Shown here: positions 9,967-19,855 of the stretch, piece by piece
Position numbering within the stretch: the first letter of the stretch is position 1
How the letters are laid out: the number at the start of each line of letters is the position of its first letter
NCBI GenBank assembly: GCA_021772455.1
Contig: JAJFLY010000006.1
Coordinates: 112,377-176,376, forward strand
Direction: 5' to 3'
Source: Chlamydiota bacterium
Lineage (GTDB): Bacteria; Chlamydiota; Chlamydiia; Chlamydiales; JAAKFR01
Length of the DNA: 64,000 nt
Position numbers and translations under genes: made by a program
Notes under the pieces: model-generated
What the model was told of the DNA's origin: nothing
Databases searched by the model: none
What the model saw: only the letters and a program-made list of their open reading frames with translations

Positions 9967-11296
9967 CTGCGACGCGTACAGGTGGTTGGCCAATGCTGTA
10001 GTACTCATACCCTCTAGCAGCCATTTCTTGAGGGGCATACTGGTTTCTGCCATCAAAAAAGAGGCGCTGTTTGGGTTGAACTTTCTCAAAATCGACAAAA
10101 CGAAACTGTTTCCACTCTGTAACAAGTGCAATTGCATCAACGCCTTTGGCTGCTTCAAATTCATCGCGACACCACGTCACTTGAGGAGATTTTTTCAAGA
10201 TCTCTTTGGTTCGTGGCATGGCAACGGGATCGTAAAGGCGGACAAAAGCCCCTTTTTCAAGTAGTTGACGGATCAGCACGAGTGCAGGCGCCTCGCGCAT
10301 ATCATCGGTACCAGGCTTAAATGCTAAGCCCCATATCGCAAGAGTTTTCCCCTCCAAAGAGTCGCCAAAATGGGCGATGATTTTTTCCCCAAGCAACATT
10401 TTTTGCCGCACATTTACCTCTTCAACAGCGTCGATCAAAGGGGTGGGAAAATCGTATTCACGCCCTGTAGCGCGCAGAGCTTGAACATCTTTGGGAAAAC
10501 ACGAGCCCCCATAACCGGCACCGGCGTATAAAAAGGCATACCCGATACGTTGATCGGAACCGATTCCCTTGCGGACCATCGAAATATCGGCCCCCACTCG
10601 CTCGCAAAGTCCAGCCATTTCATTCATAAAGGAGATGCGGGATGCAAGCATCGCATTCGCTGCGTATTTGGTCATTTCAGCAGAAAAAAGATCCATCGTG
10701 ATCAAGCGGTCATGATTGATATTAAAAGGAGCGTATAACTCCTCCATAAGTGCTGCTACGCGAGGATTGTCGGTTCCGATCACAATGCGGTCGGGCTTCA
10801 TAAAGTCACTAATCGCATCCCCTTCTTTTAAAAACTCGGGGTTGGAAACGATGTCAAATTCAAATGAAACGCCTCGCTTACTCAAAGTGGTATGAACGAT
10901 ATCTGCAACAGCACGTCCAGAGCCAACTGGAACAGTCGACTTATTGACGATGATCTTGTAACCATTCATCTGCTCAGCGATTTGCATAGCTGCTTGCTGC
11001 ACATACGAAAGATCGGCCGAACCATCTTCATCACAAGGAGTGGAAACCGCAATAAAGCAGAAAAGAGATTCGCTTACACCGTAAGAGTAGTCTGTTGTGA
11101 ACTCTAAGCGGCCCGCTTTGTAATTGCGTTTGACGATCTCTTCAAGGCCTGGCTCGTAAATCGGCACAACACCCTCTTTCAACTTTGCGATTTTATCGTG
11201 ATCGATATCGAGGCAAATAACTTGGTGCCCCATTTCGGCAAAACACGCTCCCGTTACCAATCCGACATAACCAGTTCCAACAACTAGTATTTTCAT
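9950..11296 (-). CDS. ugd: UDP-glucose 6-dehydrogenase
   Basis: MKILVVGTGYVGLVTG NAD fold and catalytic GGSCFPKD. The start is moved to ATG 11296, which is preceded by a GAGGG RBS. Confidence 0.9.
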   Translation of the reverse strand: MKILVVGTGYVGLVTGACFAEMGHQVICLDIDHDKIAKLKEGVVPIYEPGLEEIVKRNYKAGRLEFTTDYSYGVSESLFCFIAVSTPCDEDGSADLSYVQQAAMQIAEQMNGYKIIVNKSTVPVGSGRAVADIVHTTLSKRGVSFEFDIVSNPEFLKEGDAISDFMKPDRIVIGTDNPRVAALMEELYAPFNINHDRLITMDLFSAEMTKYAANAMLASRISFMNEMAGLCERVGADISMVRKGIGSDQRIGYAFLYAGAGYGGSCFPKDVQALRATGREYDFPTPLIDAVEEVNVRQKMLLGEKIIAHFGDSLEGKTLAIWGLAFKPGTDDMREAPALVLIRQLLEKGAFVRLYDPVAMPRTKEILKKSPQVTWCRDEFEAAKGVDAIALVTEWKQFRFVDFEKVQPKQRLFFDGRNQYAPQEMAARGYEYYSIGQPPVRVADEVYS

Positions 11297-11368
11297 AGAA
11301 CCCTCTATTTTTCCGCCGATAATAACAAGATTTGCAAATAATGTGATCACAAATTATATAAAGAGCAT

Positions 11369-12247
11369 ATGAAGGTCAAAAAGATACTTGTTACCGGCGG
11401 TGCCGGATTTATCGGATCCCATCTTTGCGAAGCTCTGCTTGCGCAGGGGCACCATGTAACATGCGTCGATAATTTCAATACTGGCTCGCATGAAAATATC
11501 GGCCATCTCAAGCCTAACCCCAACTTTAATGTCCTCTGCCATGACATCTGCTTCCCCTTCTACTCTGAGATAGATGAAATTTATAATCTTGCCAAAAGCT
11601 CCTCTCCCATCCAGGAGACAAAAACAAGTGTAGTAGGCGCCCTCCATATGCTTGAATTGGCCAAGCAGCTAAATGCTAAAATTTTACAAGCATCTACTAG
11701 TGAGATCTACGAAGATCCAAGTCCCCATTCCAAGATGGGCAAACAGTGTGCAGAAACCCTTTTTTTTGATTACCACCACCAGCATGGAGTCAAAATAAAA
11801 ATCGCTAGAATCTCCAATACCTACGGACCATACATGAATCCGAATGATGGGTGTGTGATCTCGCATCTTATCACCCAAGCTCTTCAAAATGCACCCCTTA
11901 CTGTACTTGGCGCTTGCGAGCAAACCGACTCTTTTTGCTATGTTTCTGATTTAGTTGAGGGATTGATCAGGTTGATGGATGCGCCCGATTCTGTTGTGGG
12001 ACCGCTCGATCTTGGAAATCCGATTGAATTAACCATGCACGCGCTTGCCAATAAAATTATTGAGCTAACAGACTCAAAATCTGAGCTTGTTTACGAAGAC
12101 CTTCCGCGCGATGACCCAAAACAAAGGAAGCCCGATATCACCCTCGCAACAGAGATGCTGAATTGGGAGCCACAGGTTCATATAAGCGATGGTTTGCAAA
12201 AAACGATCGACTATTTTGAGCATATCTGTTTAACTATCAGCGTTTAA
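11369..12247 (+). CDS. UDP-glucuronate decarboxylase (UXS)-like protein, apparently degenerate
   Basis: 292 aa with VTGGAGFIGSHL, STSEIY and NLGNP..DDPKQRKPDI blocks as in UXS. The segment carrying the catalytic Tyr (YDEGKR) is deleted and QTR is replaced by QTD. Confidence 0.6.
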   Translation: MKVKKILVTGGAGFIGSHLCEALLAQGHHVTCVDNFNTGSHENIGHLKPNPNFNVLCHDICFPFYSEIDEIYNLAKSSSPIQETKTSVVGALHMLELAKQLNAKILQASTSEIYEDPSPHSKMGKQCAETLFFDYHHQHGVKIKIARISNTYGPYMNPNDGCVISHLITQALQNAPLTVLGACEQTDSFCYVSDLVEGLIRLMDAPDSVVGPLDLGNPIELTMHALANKIIELTDSKSELVYEDLPRDDPKQRKPDITLATEMLNWEPQVHISDGLQKTIDYFEHICLTISV

Positions 12248-12248
12248 A

Positions 12249-13211
12249 ATGAAAACTATTCTTGTAACAGGTGCCGCAGGATTTATCGGCTTCCACACAG
12301 CGCAAGCTCTCGCCAAGCGAGGAGATCGTGTGGTTGGTCTCGATAATTTTAATGGCTATTATTCCCCTGCTTTAAAAAGAAAGCGCGCATTAATTCTTAA
12401 GGAAAAAGGAATTGAGGTTGTCGAGACCGATTTAAATGACCACGCCACCCTACGCGCCCTTTTTGAAACCTATCCATTCACCGATGTTTTGAACTTAGCG
12501 GCCCAAGCTGGCGTGCGCTACGCTCGTAAAAACCCACAAGCCTATCTATCTAGCAACATCGATGGCTTTCTCTCACTATTAGAGATCCTCCGCCACTACC
12601 CAGAGGTCAAACTTACATACGCCTCCTCCTCATCTGTCTACGGAAGGAACGAGAAAATCCCTTTTTCGGTCGACGACCCCACCGACCAACCAGCGAATCT
12701 CTATGCCGCGACCAAAAAAGCAAACGAACTGATGGCCTATAGCTACCACCATCTCTATGGGACGCGCATGACAGGCTTGCGCTTTTTTACTGTCTACGGT
12801 CCATGGGGACGCCCTGACATGGCCTATTATTCTTTTGCAGAAGCGATTCTTAGCGGAAAGCCTATCCACCTCTTTAATGAGGGAAAAATGCAGCGCGATT
12901 TCACCTACATCGACGATGTTGTCCGGGGAACAATTGCAGCGATCGATTATCCAGGCTCCTACGAGCTCTTTAATTTAGGGAATAACCGCCCTGTAGAGCT
13001 TCTAGAGTTTGTTTCTATCCTAGAAAAATTACTGGGCAGAGAAGCGGTTAAAGTCTTCGAAGGACCGAGTGCAGGAGAGGTCGAAACAACCTACGCTGAT
13101 ATTACAAGTTCTTGTGAAAAACTTGGCTATGCCCCCTCGACAAATCTCGAAGAGGGGCTAGCTCACTTTGTTTCTTGGTACCAAGGAGAAAAACAATGTA
13201 CACCAATATAG
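12249..13211 (+). CDS. UDP-glucuronate 4-epimerase (NAD-dependent SDR)
   Basis: 320 aa with VTGAAGFIGFH, YAATKKANE (YxxxK) and FFTVYGPWGRPDMA, typical of GlcA 4-epimerases. Confidence 0.75.
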   Translation: MKTILVTGAAGFIGFHTAQALAKRGDRVVGLDNFNGYYSPALKRKRALILKEKGIEVVETDLNDHATLRALFETYPFTDVLNLAAQAGVRYARKNPQAYLSSNIDGFLSLLEILRHYPEVKLTYASSSSVYGRNEKIPFSVDDPTDQPANLYAATKKANELMAYSYHHLYGTRMTGLRFFTVYGPWGRPDMAYYSFAEAILSGKPIHLFNEGKMQRDFTYIDDVVRGTIAAIDYPGSYELFNLGNNRPVELLEFVSILEKLLGREAVKVFEGPSAGEVETTYADITSSCEKLGYAPSTNLEEGLAHFVSWYQGEKQCTPI

Positions 13212-14782
13212 GCATGCGCCTGTCTGAAGAAGTTTCGCTAAATGCCCACCACTTTGGTATAGATGGCAAAGCTCGCATTGTATGGGATGCTAAAGACAAC
13301 AATTCTCCTTCGGTTTTTGATGCGGTGCATCAACGAGAACTGGAGGATCATATAGAAAAGGCTCGCACCCAAAAGGAGGCCCAAAAACCTGTACAGGTTA
13401 AGGTTGAGACCCAAGAAAAAGCTGCGCTCTTAACGGATCCTGTTGCACGCGTAGAAATTAGCCGCAATGCGATCATAGAGCATTTAGAAGAGCGCATCGG
13501 AGCCTTTTTGATGCAAATCATCGACTGCTATGATACTGATGATCACTACACAATTGGTACTACAGTAAATCAAACACAAAGCACCCCTGCTGTTCATTTT
13601 GTTCCGGAAGAGGGGATACAATTTCCTGAAAATGCCAATACTAAGATGGAGCACAATGCAGCCCATCACGGCACGATCCCTTGCCTCTACGCCTATGACA
13701 GAGTTGAATGGACTGCCTGGAGAGCTAAGGGGAGTGCCAAAGCTGATGGAAAGCCTCAGGCGCGCATTTATCTTAAAAACTCCGACACCTATTACCAAAA
13801 TAATGCGTGCACCGGGCTGGCAAGCGTGATCAACAAAGTTGATATCGTTATCGATGGAAATACGACCGAAAGGCTTGCAGAATTTGGCGCTCAAAAAACA
13901 GAAGATGAGATGGAGCTACGCGAGTTCTCAATCGGCCTTCTCAATCAAGCTGCACGTAGAGAAATCACCCCTTTAGAAGGCTTCGAGCGTTTTCTTCTCA
14001 AATTACAGTTGCTTATTCATCAAAATCACGACCACCCAAAGCCCGACCACCGTGCTGTTTTTCAGATTTTGCATGGGGAAATCGATGCTATTCAACAACA
14101 ATATCAAGGGAAAACCAAAGAGTGTGTGGCCCATTTGATGGGGTTGCATTTACCTCCCGGTGCTCCAGAAACAGTAAACCTCGACGCTCTTGTTTTTCCT
14201 CGCCACTATCGAATTATTCGGCAAAAAGACCTCTACCAAAACCAGCTTGCCGCTCGCATCGACATTCTCTCTGAAGACATTCTAGAAGGAACAGAGAGAA
14301 AACCGCTTACATTTCCTAAAGCAATTAAAACAGCTTTGATGCGCGAGGCGAGTCTATCATCAGAGAAAGTTCACAAACTCTTTCAACGTTACTACAACAT
14401 GAATGGACTGACCCTTGTCCAAATGGAACAGGAGACCTACAAGCCAGCTCTTGCTCTTGTTCGAACGCCGAGGAGTCAGCTGTTGATAAAAGAGATGGTT
14501 CATGATTTTTCTCTCTATCTGCATAACTTCGCTGTCGATGAATCCAATTTTCGCTCTGGCCTGTTAAAGGAGATTCGCGATGCCCGCAACATCTCATTGC
14601 GTAAATTTTCCAGGATGCATAACACGCAATTTCCTGACGCACACTCTCTTAACAGGGAGCAGCTCCGTAGAATTGAAGGAGGATGTGTGAGAACATCACC
14701 CGACATGGTTGAGCGCTTTGCCGCTGTGCTCGGCGTCCCTATTTCTTATTTTAATACAAATTTCAGCGATGTCATTTTTTGA
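13196..14782 (+). CDS. Hypothetical protein with a C-terminal XRE-type helix-turn-helix
   Basis: GGAG RBS at 13184-13187 precedes ATG 13196. The last ~65 aa (IRDARNISLRKFSRMHNTQ...LRRIEGG...MVERFAAVLGVPISYF) look like HTH_3. The preceding ~460 aa have no motif I recognise. Confidence 0.55.
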   Translation: MYTNIGMRLSEEVSLNAHHFGIDGKARIVWDAKDNNSPSVFDAVHQRELEDHIEKARTQKEAQKPVQVKVETQEKAALLTDPVARVEISRNAIIEHLEERIGAFLMQIIDCYDTDDHYTIGTTVNQTQSTPAVHFVPEEGIQFPENANTKMEHNAAHHGTIPCLYAYDRVEWTAWRAKGSAKADGKPQARIYLKNSDTYYQNNACTGLASVINKVDIVIDGNTTERLAEFGAQKTEDEMELREFSIGLLNQAARREITPLEGFERFLLKLQLLIHQNHDHPKPDHRAVFQILHGEIDAIQQQYQGKTKECVAHLMGLHLPPGAPETVNLDALVFPRHYRIIRQKDLYQNQLAARIDILSEDILEGTERKPLTFPKAIKTALMREASLSSEKVHKLFQRYYNMNGLTLVQMEQETYKPALALVRTPRSQLLIKEMVHDFSLYLHNFAVDESNFRSGLLKEIRDARNISLRKFSRMHNTQFPDAHSLNREQLRRIEGGCVRTSPDMVERFAAVLGVPISYFNTNFSDVIF

Positions 14783-16256
14783 TATCTAAGAATACATCAG
14801 GCAAAGCCTCAGTGATATCGGTTGCAACCATGCTGTAAGAAGTTAACTCTTCAGCCGCATATTCGCCGGCACGCGCATGAAACTCTACTCCCAAAATAGC
14901 CGCTTTTAACGGGTCGTGGACTTGGGCAAGAAAGGCGGCGATGATCCCTGTTAAAACATCTCCACTACCGGCCGTTGCCATTCCAGGATCGCCGCGCACA
15001 CACAGGTGAGGCTTCTGCCCAGGGTGAAGGATAAAAGTAGGAGCCCCTTTCAAAACAAGTGTGATCTGATTCGCATCGACATAGGCTTGGGAGCGCTTTA
15101 AAAGCTCGGGAAAATCAAGATCCTCATCTGTTTTCAAAAGATGTTTCATCTCTCCGTGATGAGGAGTCATTACACCATTAGCAGGAAGAGCGATATCTGC
15201 TTGAGCGATCAACGTAAGCGCTTCGGCATCAATAACATATGACTTATTAATCTTTGGCATGATCTGTTGTAAAAGCTCGAGTGCTGAGGAAGAGGTTCCC
15301 ATCCCTGGGCCAATAAAAAGGGCGCTTGCACGGGAAAAGGCCTCTAAAATGGATTGTGAATCTCCTTGGCTGTACCCTTGCCGAATCACTTCGTAGGGGG
15401 CAAATGCAAGCTCGCTTTCCATCCCTTGGGGGTGGAGCAGGCGCACAATGCCAGCACCGGCACGCAAAGCGGCAAAGCTCGACATGGTCGGCGCTCCGGG
15501 CATTCCAGGTGACCCTCCAAGCCCAACGACATATCCAGCCTGATATTTATGGCGAGTCCGCAAAATCGGTGGAAAATAGGCCTCAATCATCGCATCATCG
15601 ATTAAATAAAAATCTGCCTTTGCCTCTTCTATACTCTCATTTGGAAGCCCAAAATCATAGACAGCGATTTTTCCGACATAGTTCCACGCCTCGCCGATAA
15701 AACACTCCGATTTAGGAAGCCCCAAAAAAAGTGTCTCTTTGGCCTTGATCACCACGTTGCTACCTAAACCAGAGGGAAGATCGATGGAAAGGATCGGGAT
15801 ATTAGATCCATTGGCCTGCTCGATTGCTTCTCGGTATAAACCTGTTACCTCACCGTGAAATCCTGTTCCAAGAATTCCATCGACGAGCATTTCCGATTCA
15901 CCAAAGGCAATTTGAGACCCCTTTTGGATGTACTTAATTATTCCGCCTGCTTTAACAAAGCGCTTACTCTGTAGTTGGCAAAGGGAGCTTCCCTCCTCAA
16001 AGGAAGAGAAAGCAAGAGCGCTCACATTAAACCCGCCATTTAGGAGGATTAGTCCCGCAGCATAGGCGTCACCACCATTATTTCCTCGCCCGCAAAGAAG
16101 GGTGATCTCAGGTTTCAGGTGGTAGCGGGCAATAAAGCTCTGAATCTGCTCGGCAATACCCTCTCCAGCTCGATTCATAAACTCCTCTTCAGAAGCGCCT
16201 TTTTCATAGGCAAGACGTTCAACGCGCCCCATTTCGTTTGCTTGAATCACTTTCAT
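14772..16256 (-). CDS. nnr: Bifunctional NAD(P)H-hydrate repair enzyme (YjeF N- and C-terminal domains)
   Basis: CGRGNNGGDAY epimerase motif and C-terminal GSGDVLTGIIA carbohydrate-kinase motif. The start is moved to ATG 16256, downstream of the mreC stop. Confidence 0.85.
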   Translation of the reverse strand: MKVIQANEMGRVERLAYEKGASEEEFMNRAGEGIAEQIQSFIARYHLKPEITLLCGRGNNGGDAYAAGLILLNGGFNVSALAFSSFEEGSSLCQLQSKRFVKAGGIIKYIQKGSQIAFGESEMLVDGILGTGFHGEVTGLYREAIEQANGSNIPILSIDLPSGLGSNVVIKAKETLFLGLPKSECFIGEAWNYVGKIAVYDFGLPNESIEEAKADFYLIDDAMIEAYFPPILRTRHKYQAGYVVGLGGSPGMPGAPTMSSFAALRAGAGIVRLLHPQGMESELAFAPYEVIRQGYSQGDSQSILEAFSRASALFIGPGMGTSSSALELLQQIMPKINKSYVIDAEALTLIAQADIALPANGVMTPHHGEMKHLLKTDEDLDFPELLKRSQAYVDANQITLVLKGAPTFILHPGQKPHLCVRGDPGMATAGSGDVLTGIIAAFLAQVHDPLKAAILGVEFHARAGEYAAEELTSYSMVATDITEALPDVFLDIKK

Positions 16257-16266
16257 TGTTGAGCCT

Positions 16267-17256
16267 CTATCTTGGTTGATCCTCCTCATCATACCCTATG
16301 GGAGGGATGACAAAAAGAGTTTGTAGAGCATCGAGATTTCCAATCGCAGGAACTGCCTCAATTTCATAGGTATAAGCCCCTTCTTGCAAAGGCAAAATCT
16401 TGGTCACTTCTCCAACTGAAAGACCTGGAGGAAAGACGCCATCTAATCCTGTTGTCACAAGTAGATCTTGGACTTGGATAATCGGCCTGCCAGATGCAAG
16501 CTCGCGTGCTGGGCCATAGGCGTCTGCAAAATCATAATTAAACCCAATCCCCCTTAAAGTGTGGTTCACACTACGCCATAATGGGCTCCCAGCCCCTTGT
16601 AAAATCCCTTTGGCAAGATGCCACCCTTCACAATCATCGGAAAGACGTTCCTTAAATTGTGTGAGGTTGCGCACAAGCGTTGTTTGGTCATCGCGAGAAA
16701 TTGGCAAGTCTTTACGTGTACTCAAGTGGCGTAAAATAGGATCTAGGTGTTCGACCAGTGCCATGTTTTGTGCATGGCCCCGTACAGCCCTCACAGCAGG
16801 TTTTAGCCCGACATCACTGATCAGCCGCACGCGTGACTGCCTCTTGCCAACATAGTCGATCACGCCAACAAGCGCGCGCCCCACAACGACAGGACTATTT
16901 TTCTGGATCATCGGACCTGTCAACTTCCCAACATCGATCCAAACCGAGCTTGACCAACTCGCTGGGTCTCGATAGATGACCCGGGCAGCAATCGCCTTTG
17001 CTACAACAGAATCATCGAGACCCGCATGCTCAAGGTGAGCGCGCAGCTTCATCACCTCTATTCGCAGTAAGTGATTTTCCGTTTCAAGTTTTTCAACCTC
17101 AGAATCTTTCACCCCTTTGCTAGACATTTTCATGGTGGGAGAAAAAAAGGCAAACACCTTCCCTCTAAAGGAGCTCATAAAAAGAGGGGGCAAGCTCAAT
17201 AAGAGGAAAAGGGCTCCAACAAGAAGAAGATATTTTTTATATGGATAGCGTCGCAT
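16267..17256 (-). CDS. mreC: Rod shape-determining protein MreC
   Basis: 329 aa with an N-terminal TM, a coiled coil (LETENHLLRIEVMKLRAHLE), then G-rich beta domains (PVVVGRALVGVIDYV...RLISD). Confidence 0.7.
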   Translation of the reverse strand: MRRYPYKKYLLLVGALFLLLSLPPLFMSSFRGKVFAFFSPTMKMSSKGVKDSEVEKLETENHLLRIEVMKLRAHLEHAGLDDSVVAKAIAARVIYRDPASWSSSVWIDVGKLTGPMIQKNSPVVVGRALVGVIDYVGKRQSRVRLISDVGLKPAVRAVRGHAQNMALVEHLDPILRHLSTRKDLPISRDDQTTLVRNLTQFKERLSDDCEGWHLAKGILQGAGSPLWRSVNHTLRGIGFNYDFADAYGPARELASGRPIIQVQDLLVTTGLDGVFPPGLSVGEVTKILPLQEGAYTYEIEAVPAIGNLDALQTLFVIPPIGYDEEDQPR

Positions 17257-18434
17257 TAATTCATCGTTACAGCGAGTAGTGCATCTGCAACATATGTCAC
17301 ATTTTCCTGATTCAATCCAGCGACATTAATTCGGCCGTCTTTCGGTAGATAGATTCCATACTCGGCAATCAGCCGCTCGACGTTTCCTTGATCGAGACCA
17401 GTGTATGAGAACATCCCCAACTGGCCAGCAAGAAAGTCGAAACGTGTGGTTTTAATTTCCAGCAAATCAACCAATACCCTGCGCATCTGCGCAATCCGTT
17501 CACGCATATTTGCAAGCTCATTTAGCCAATGCCCTTTGAGCTCTTCATCGTGTAAAATCAGACTCACAAGGCGCGCGCCATGACAGGGAGGATTCGAGTA
17601 GAGTCCACGAATCACCATCTTCACACGCGAACCCACTTTTTTTGCCTCCACACCATTTTGACATACTAGATAGAGCGCCCCGGTCCTCTCGGCATAGAGC
17701 CCAAAGCTCTTCGAATGTGAGACAGCAACGGCGCATTGCAAACCGGCCTGTACAAAGTGGCGAATCGCGGTAGCATCTTGCTCTGGTTCAACACCAAATC
17801 CCTGATATGCAAAGTCAAATAAAGGAAAAAGATGGCGCGCCTCCATCAACTGGCAGATTTCTTTCCACTGATCGAATGTCGGGTCAAATCCAGTGGGGTT
17901 GTGACAACACCCTTGCAGTAATACGATACTCTTCTCAGGCATTTGCTTGAGTGCGTTGCAAAAACCTTCAAAATCAAAGCAGAGGCGTTTGGGATCAAAA
18001 TAGGGATAGGTATTAACCTCAAGGCCCGCATCCTTAAAGATCCGCGTGTGATTCGCCCAGGTTGGGTCGGAAAGGTATAGCGGTCCGTAACCATGCTCGC
18101 GCAAAAAATCGGCGGCTACTCGTAGAGCTGCTGTTCCTCCAACAGTTTGGGCTCCATATATGCGAGAATCGGCGTCCCCGAAAACCAGTTGTTTTGTCGC
18201 CTCCACATAGCCCGGCAAGCCATCAATTGGAAGATAATCCTTGTTAGCCCCCTCTTCCAAGAGCCGTTTTTCAGCCTCTTTGATCGATTCAAGAACATAC
18301 GGTTGAAGATCAGCTGTTTTATAGACACCCGCGCCCAGATTAACTTTTGTTTTACGGGAGTCGGCCTTAAAAGCCATAATCAACCCAAAAATAGGATCTG
18401 GCGGAAGCTCAATAACTTTTTCAAAAAAATTCAT
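17256..18434 (-). CDS. aspC: Aspartate/aromatic amino acid aminotransferase (class I)
   Basis: 392 aa with the PLP lysine motif SHSKSFGLYAERTG and an N-terminal PPDPIFGL. Confidence 0.9.
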   Translation of the reverse strand: MNFFEKVIELPPDPIFGLIMAFKADSRKTKVNLGAGVYKTADLQPYVLESIKEAEKRLLEEGANKDYLPIDGLPGYVEATKQLVFGDADSRIYGAQTVGGTAALRVAADFLREHGYGPLYLSDPTWANHTRIFKDAGLEVNTYPYFDPKRLCFDFEGFCNALKQMPEKSIVLLQGCCHNPTGFDPTFDQWKEICQLMEARHLFPLFDFAYQGFGVEPEQDATAIRHFVQAGLQCAVAVSHSKSFGLYAERTGALYLVCQNGVEAKKVGSRVKMVIRGLYSNPPCHGARLVSLILHDEELKGHWLNELANMRERIAQMRRVLVDLLEIKTTRFDFLAGQLGMFSYTGLDQGNVERLIAEYGIYLPKDGRINVAGLNQENVTYVADALLAVTMN

Positions 18435-18507
18435 AACATGTAAAAGATAACAGGATTGATTGTTCTTCTCAAGAAAAGGTGTCGGTGGTAAATTTCTTAA
18501 TCCCTTA

Positions 18508-18580
18508 GGGGCGTTAGCTCAGTTGGTAGAGCGCTACAATGGCATTGTAGAGGTCAACGGTTCGACTCCGTTACGCTCCA
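18508..18580 (+). tRNA. tRNA-Ala (anticodon GGC)
   Basis: 73-nt cloverleaf folded by hand. It has the G3:U70 identity pair, anticodon loop AT-GGC-AT and T-loop TTCGACT. CCA is not encoded. Confidence 0.9.
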
Positions 18581-18622
18581 TTTCTTTTACTTAAATTCCA
18601 TACATAACGTAGAATCTTCTGT

Positions 18623-19855
18623 ATGAAGAGATATCTTGTGAATATCCTACTTTTTGCTGCTATGGGTGTTGGTATTCTCACAGGATGGGCAAACGTCCCT
18701 GTACTAAACGACACAGCCACAGTTTTATCAGATTTATTTCTTCGACTATTAAGACTTATTAGTCTCCCTATTATTTTTCTTGCGGTCACCTCGACGATCA
18801 CGGGGATGAAAAGTTATCACGAGATGCGTCGTTTGGGGCGCAAAGTGCTCACGTATACTCTTGCAACTACACTTATTGCTGCTACTGTCGCTTTAATCCT
18901 CTACGTCCTCATCGACCCTGCAAGCTCAGCGCAATCCATTGAAGGAGTGGTTGCACCTGAAACGAAGCAAGCCTCCTATTTTTCATTTGTCCTGAACATC
19001 ATCCCCTCAAATTTTGTTCAGGCATTTTCTGACGGAAATGTGATGGGAATCGTCTTTATCGCTATTTTCTTAAGCCTCACTACCCTCATGCTTCCTGAAG
19101 AGCAAAAAGTTTTTTTAAATAAACTTTTTTCCAGCTTGTTTGGCGCATTGATTCTGATGACAGGGTTTATCATTAAATTGATGCCAATTGCGATCTGGGC
19201 ATTCATGGTTTTGCTAGTAAAAGATCTCCAGGAAAACTACGCCTACTTTAGTCGAATTATCCTTTACATCGCCTGCGTGGTAGGGGCAAACCTAGTTCAA
19301 GGGTTGATTATTTTGCCGATCTTTTTGAAGATAAAAAAGATCCCACCGATGAAAGCTTTCCGCGGAATGGCGCAAGCACTCACGGTCGCCTTCTTCTCCA
19401 AGTCATCAAGTGCAACGCTGCCGGTTAGTATTCGTTGCGCAGAAAAGAACCTGGGCGTGAAACCAAAAATCTCGAATTTTAGCCTGCCGCTCTGCTCGGT
19501 CATCAATATGAATGGGTGCGCGGCCTTTATTCTGATAACGGTCTTGTTTGTCTCCTCACTTCACGGCCTAACGTTTACAGCATTTGATTTAGTGAGCTGG
19601 ATTTTTATCGCGACTTTTGCCGCGGTCGGAAATGCAGGAGTTCCTATGGGGTGCTTTTTTCTAACAAGCGCCTTTTTAATCGGAATGGAAGTTCCGCTTT
19701 ATATGATGGGGCTTATTCTTCCATTCTATACAGTCCTAGACATGATCGAGACCGCTCTCAATATTTGGTCGGACTCTTGCATCACAATCGCCGTCGACAA
19801 AGATCTTGCTAAAGCTGATGCTCCTGTTTCCGACACATCTAAAGAAGCCGCTTAA
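18623..19855 (+). CDS. Dicarboxylate/amino acid:cation symporter (DAACS, GltP-like)
   Basis: 410 aa, multi-pass, with the SSSATLP and NMNG/AGVP motifs of the SDF family. Confidence 0.8.
   Translation: MKRYLVNILLFAAMGVGILTGWANVPVLNDTATVLSDLFLRLLRLISLPIIFLAVTSTITGMKSYHEMRRLGRKVLTYTLATTLIAATVALILYVLIDPASSAQSIEGVVAPETKQASYFSFVLNIIPSNFVQAFSDGNVMGIVFIAIFLSLTTLMLPEEQKVFLNKLFSSLFGALILMTGFIIKLMPIAIWAFMVLLVKDLQENYAYFSRIILYIACVVGANLVQGLIILPIFLKIKKIPPMKAFRGMAQALTVAFFSKSSSATLPVSIRCAEKNLGVKPKISNFSLPLCSVINMNGCAAFILITVLFVSSLHGLTFTAFDLVSWIFIATFAAVGNAGVPMGCFFLTSAFLIGMEVPLYMMGLILPFYTVLDMIETALNIWSDSCITIAVDKDLAKADAPVSDTSKEAA

Noticed and set aside
9967-10164. N-terminal 66-aa extension of the CmcI-type methyltransferase ORF
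   Set aside because: It would overlap the 3' end of ugd by more than 200 nt. The internal ATG at 9966 gives a protein of normal family length and only a 17-nt overlap.
11313-11320. GCCGATAA (a perfect sigma-28 -10) in the ugd / UXS-like divergent spacer
   Set aside because: The sequence 19-20 nt upstream is ATAGAACC, a poor match to TAAAG. It is kept only as a weak possibility. Other GCCGATA sites (for example 15690, 39193, 45757) are intragenic and lack a -35.
11297-11350. 18-codon N-terminal extension of ugd in the ORF track
   Set aside because: The Rossmann fold starts right at MKILVVGTGYVG, and ATG 11296 has a GAGGG RBS. The extension is hydrophobic filler.
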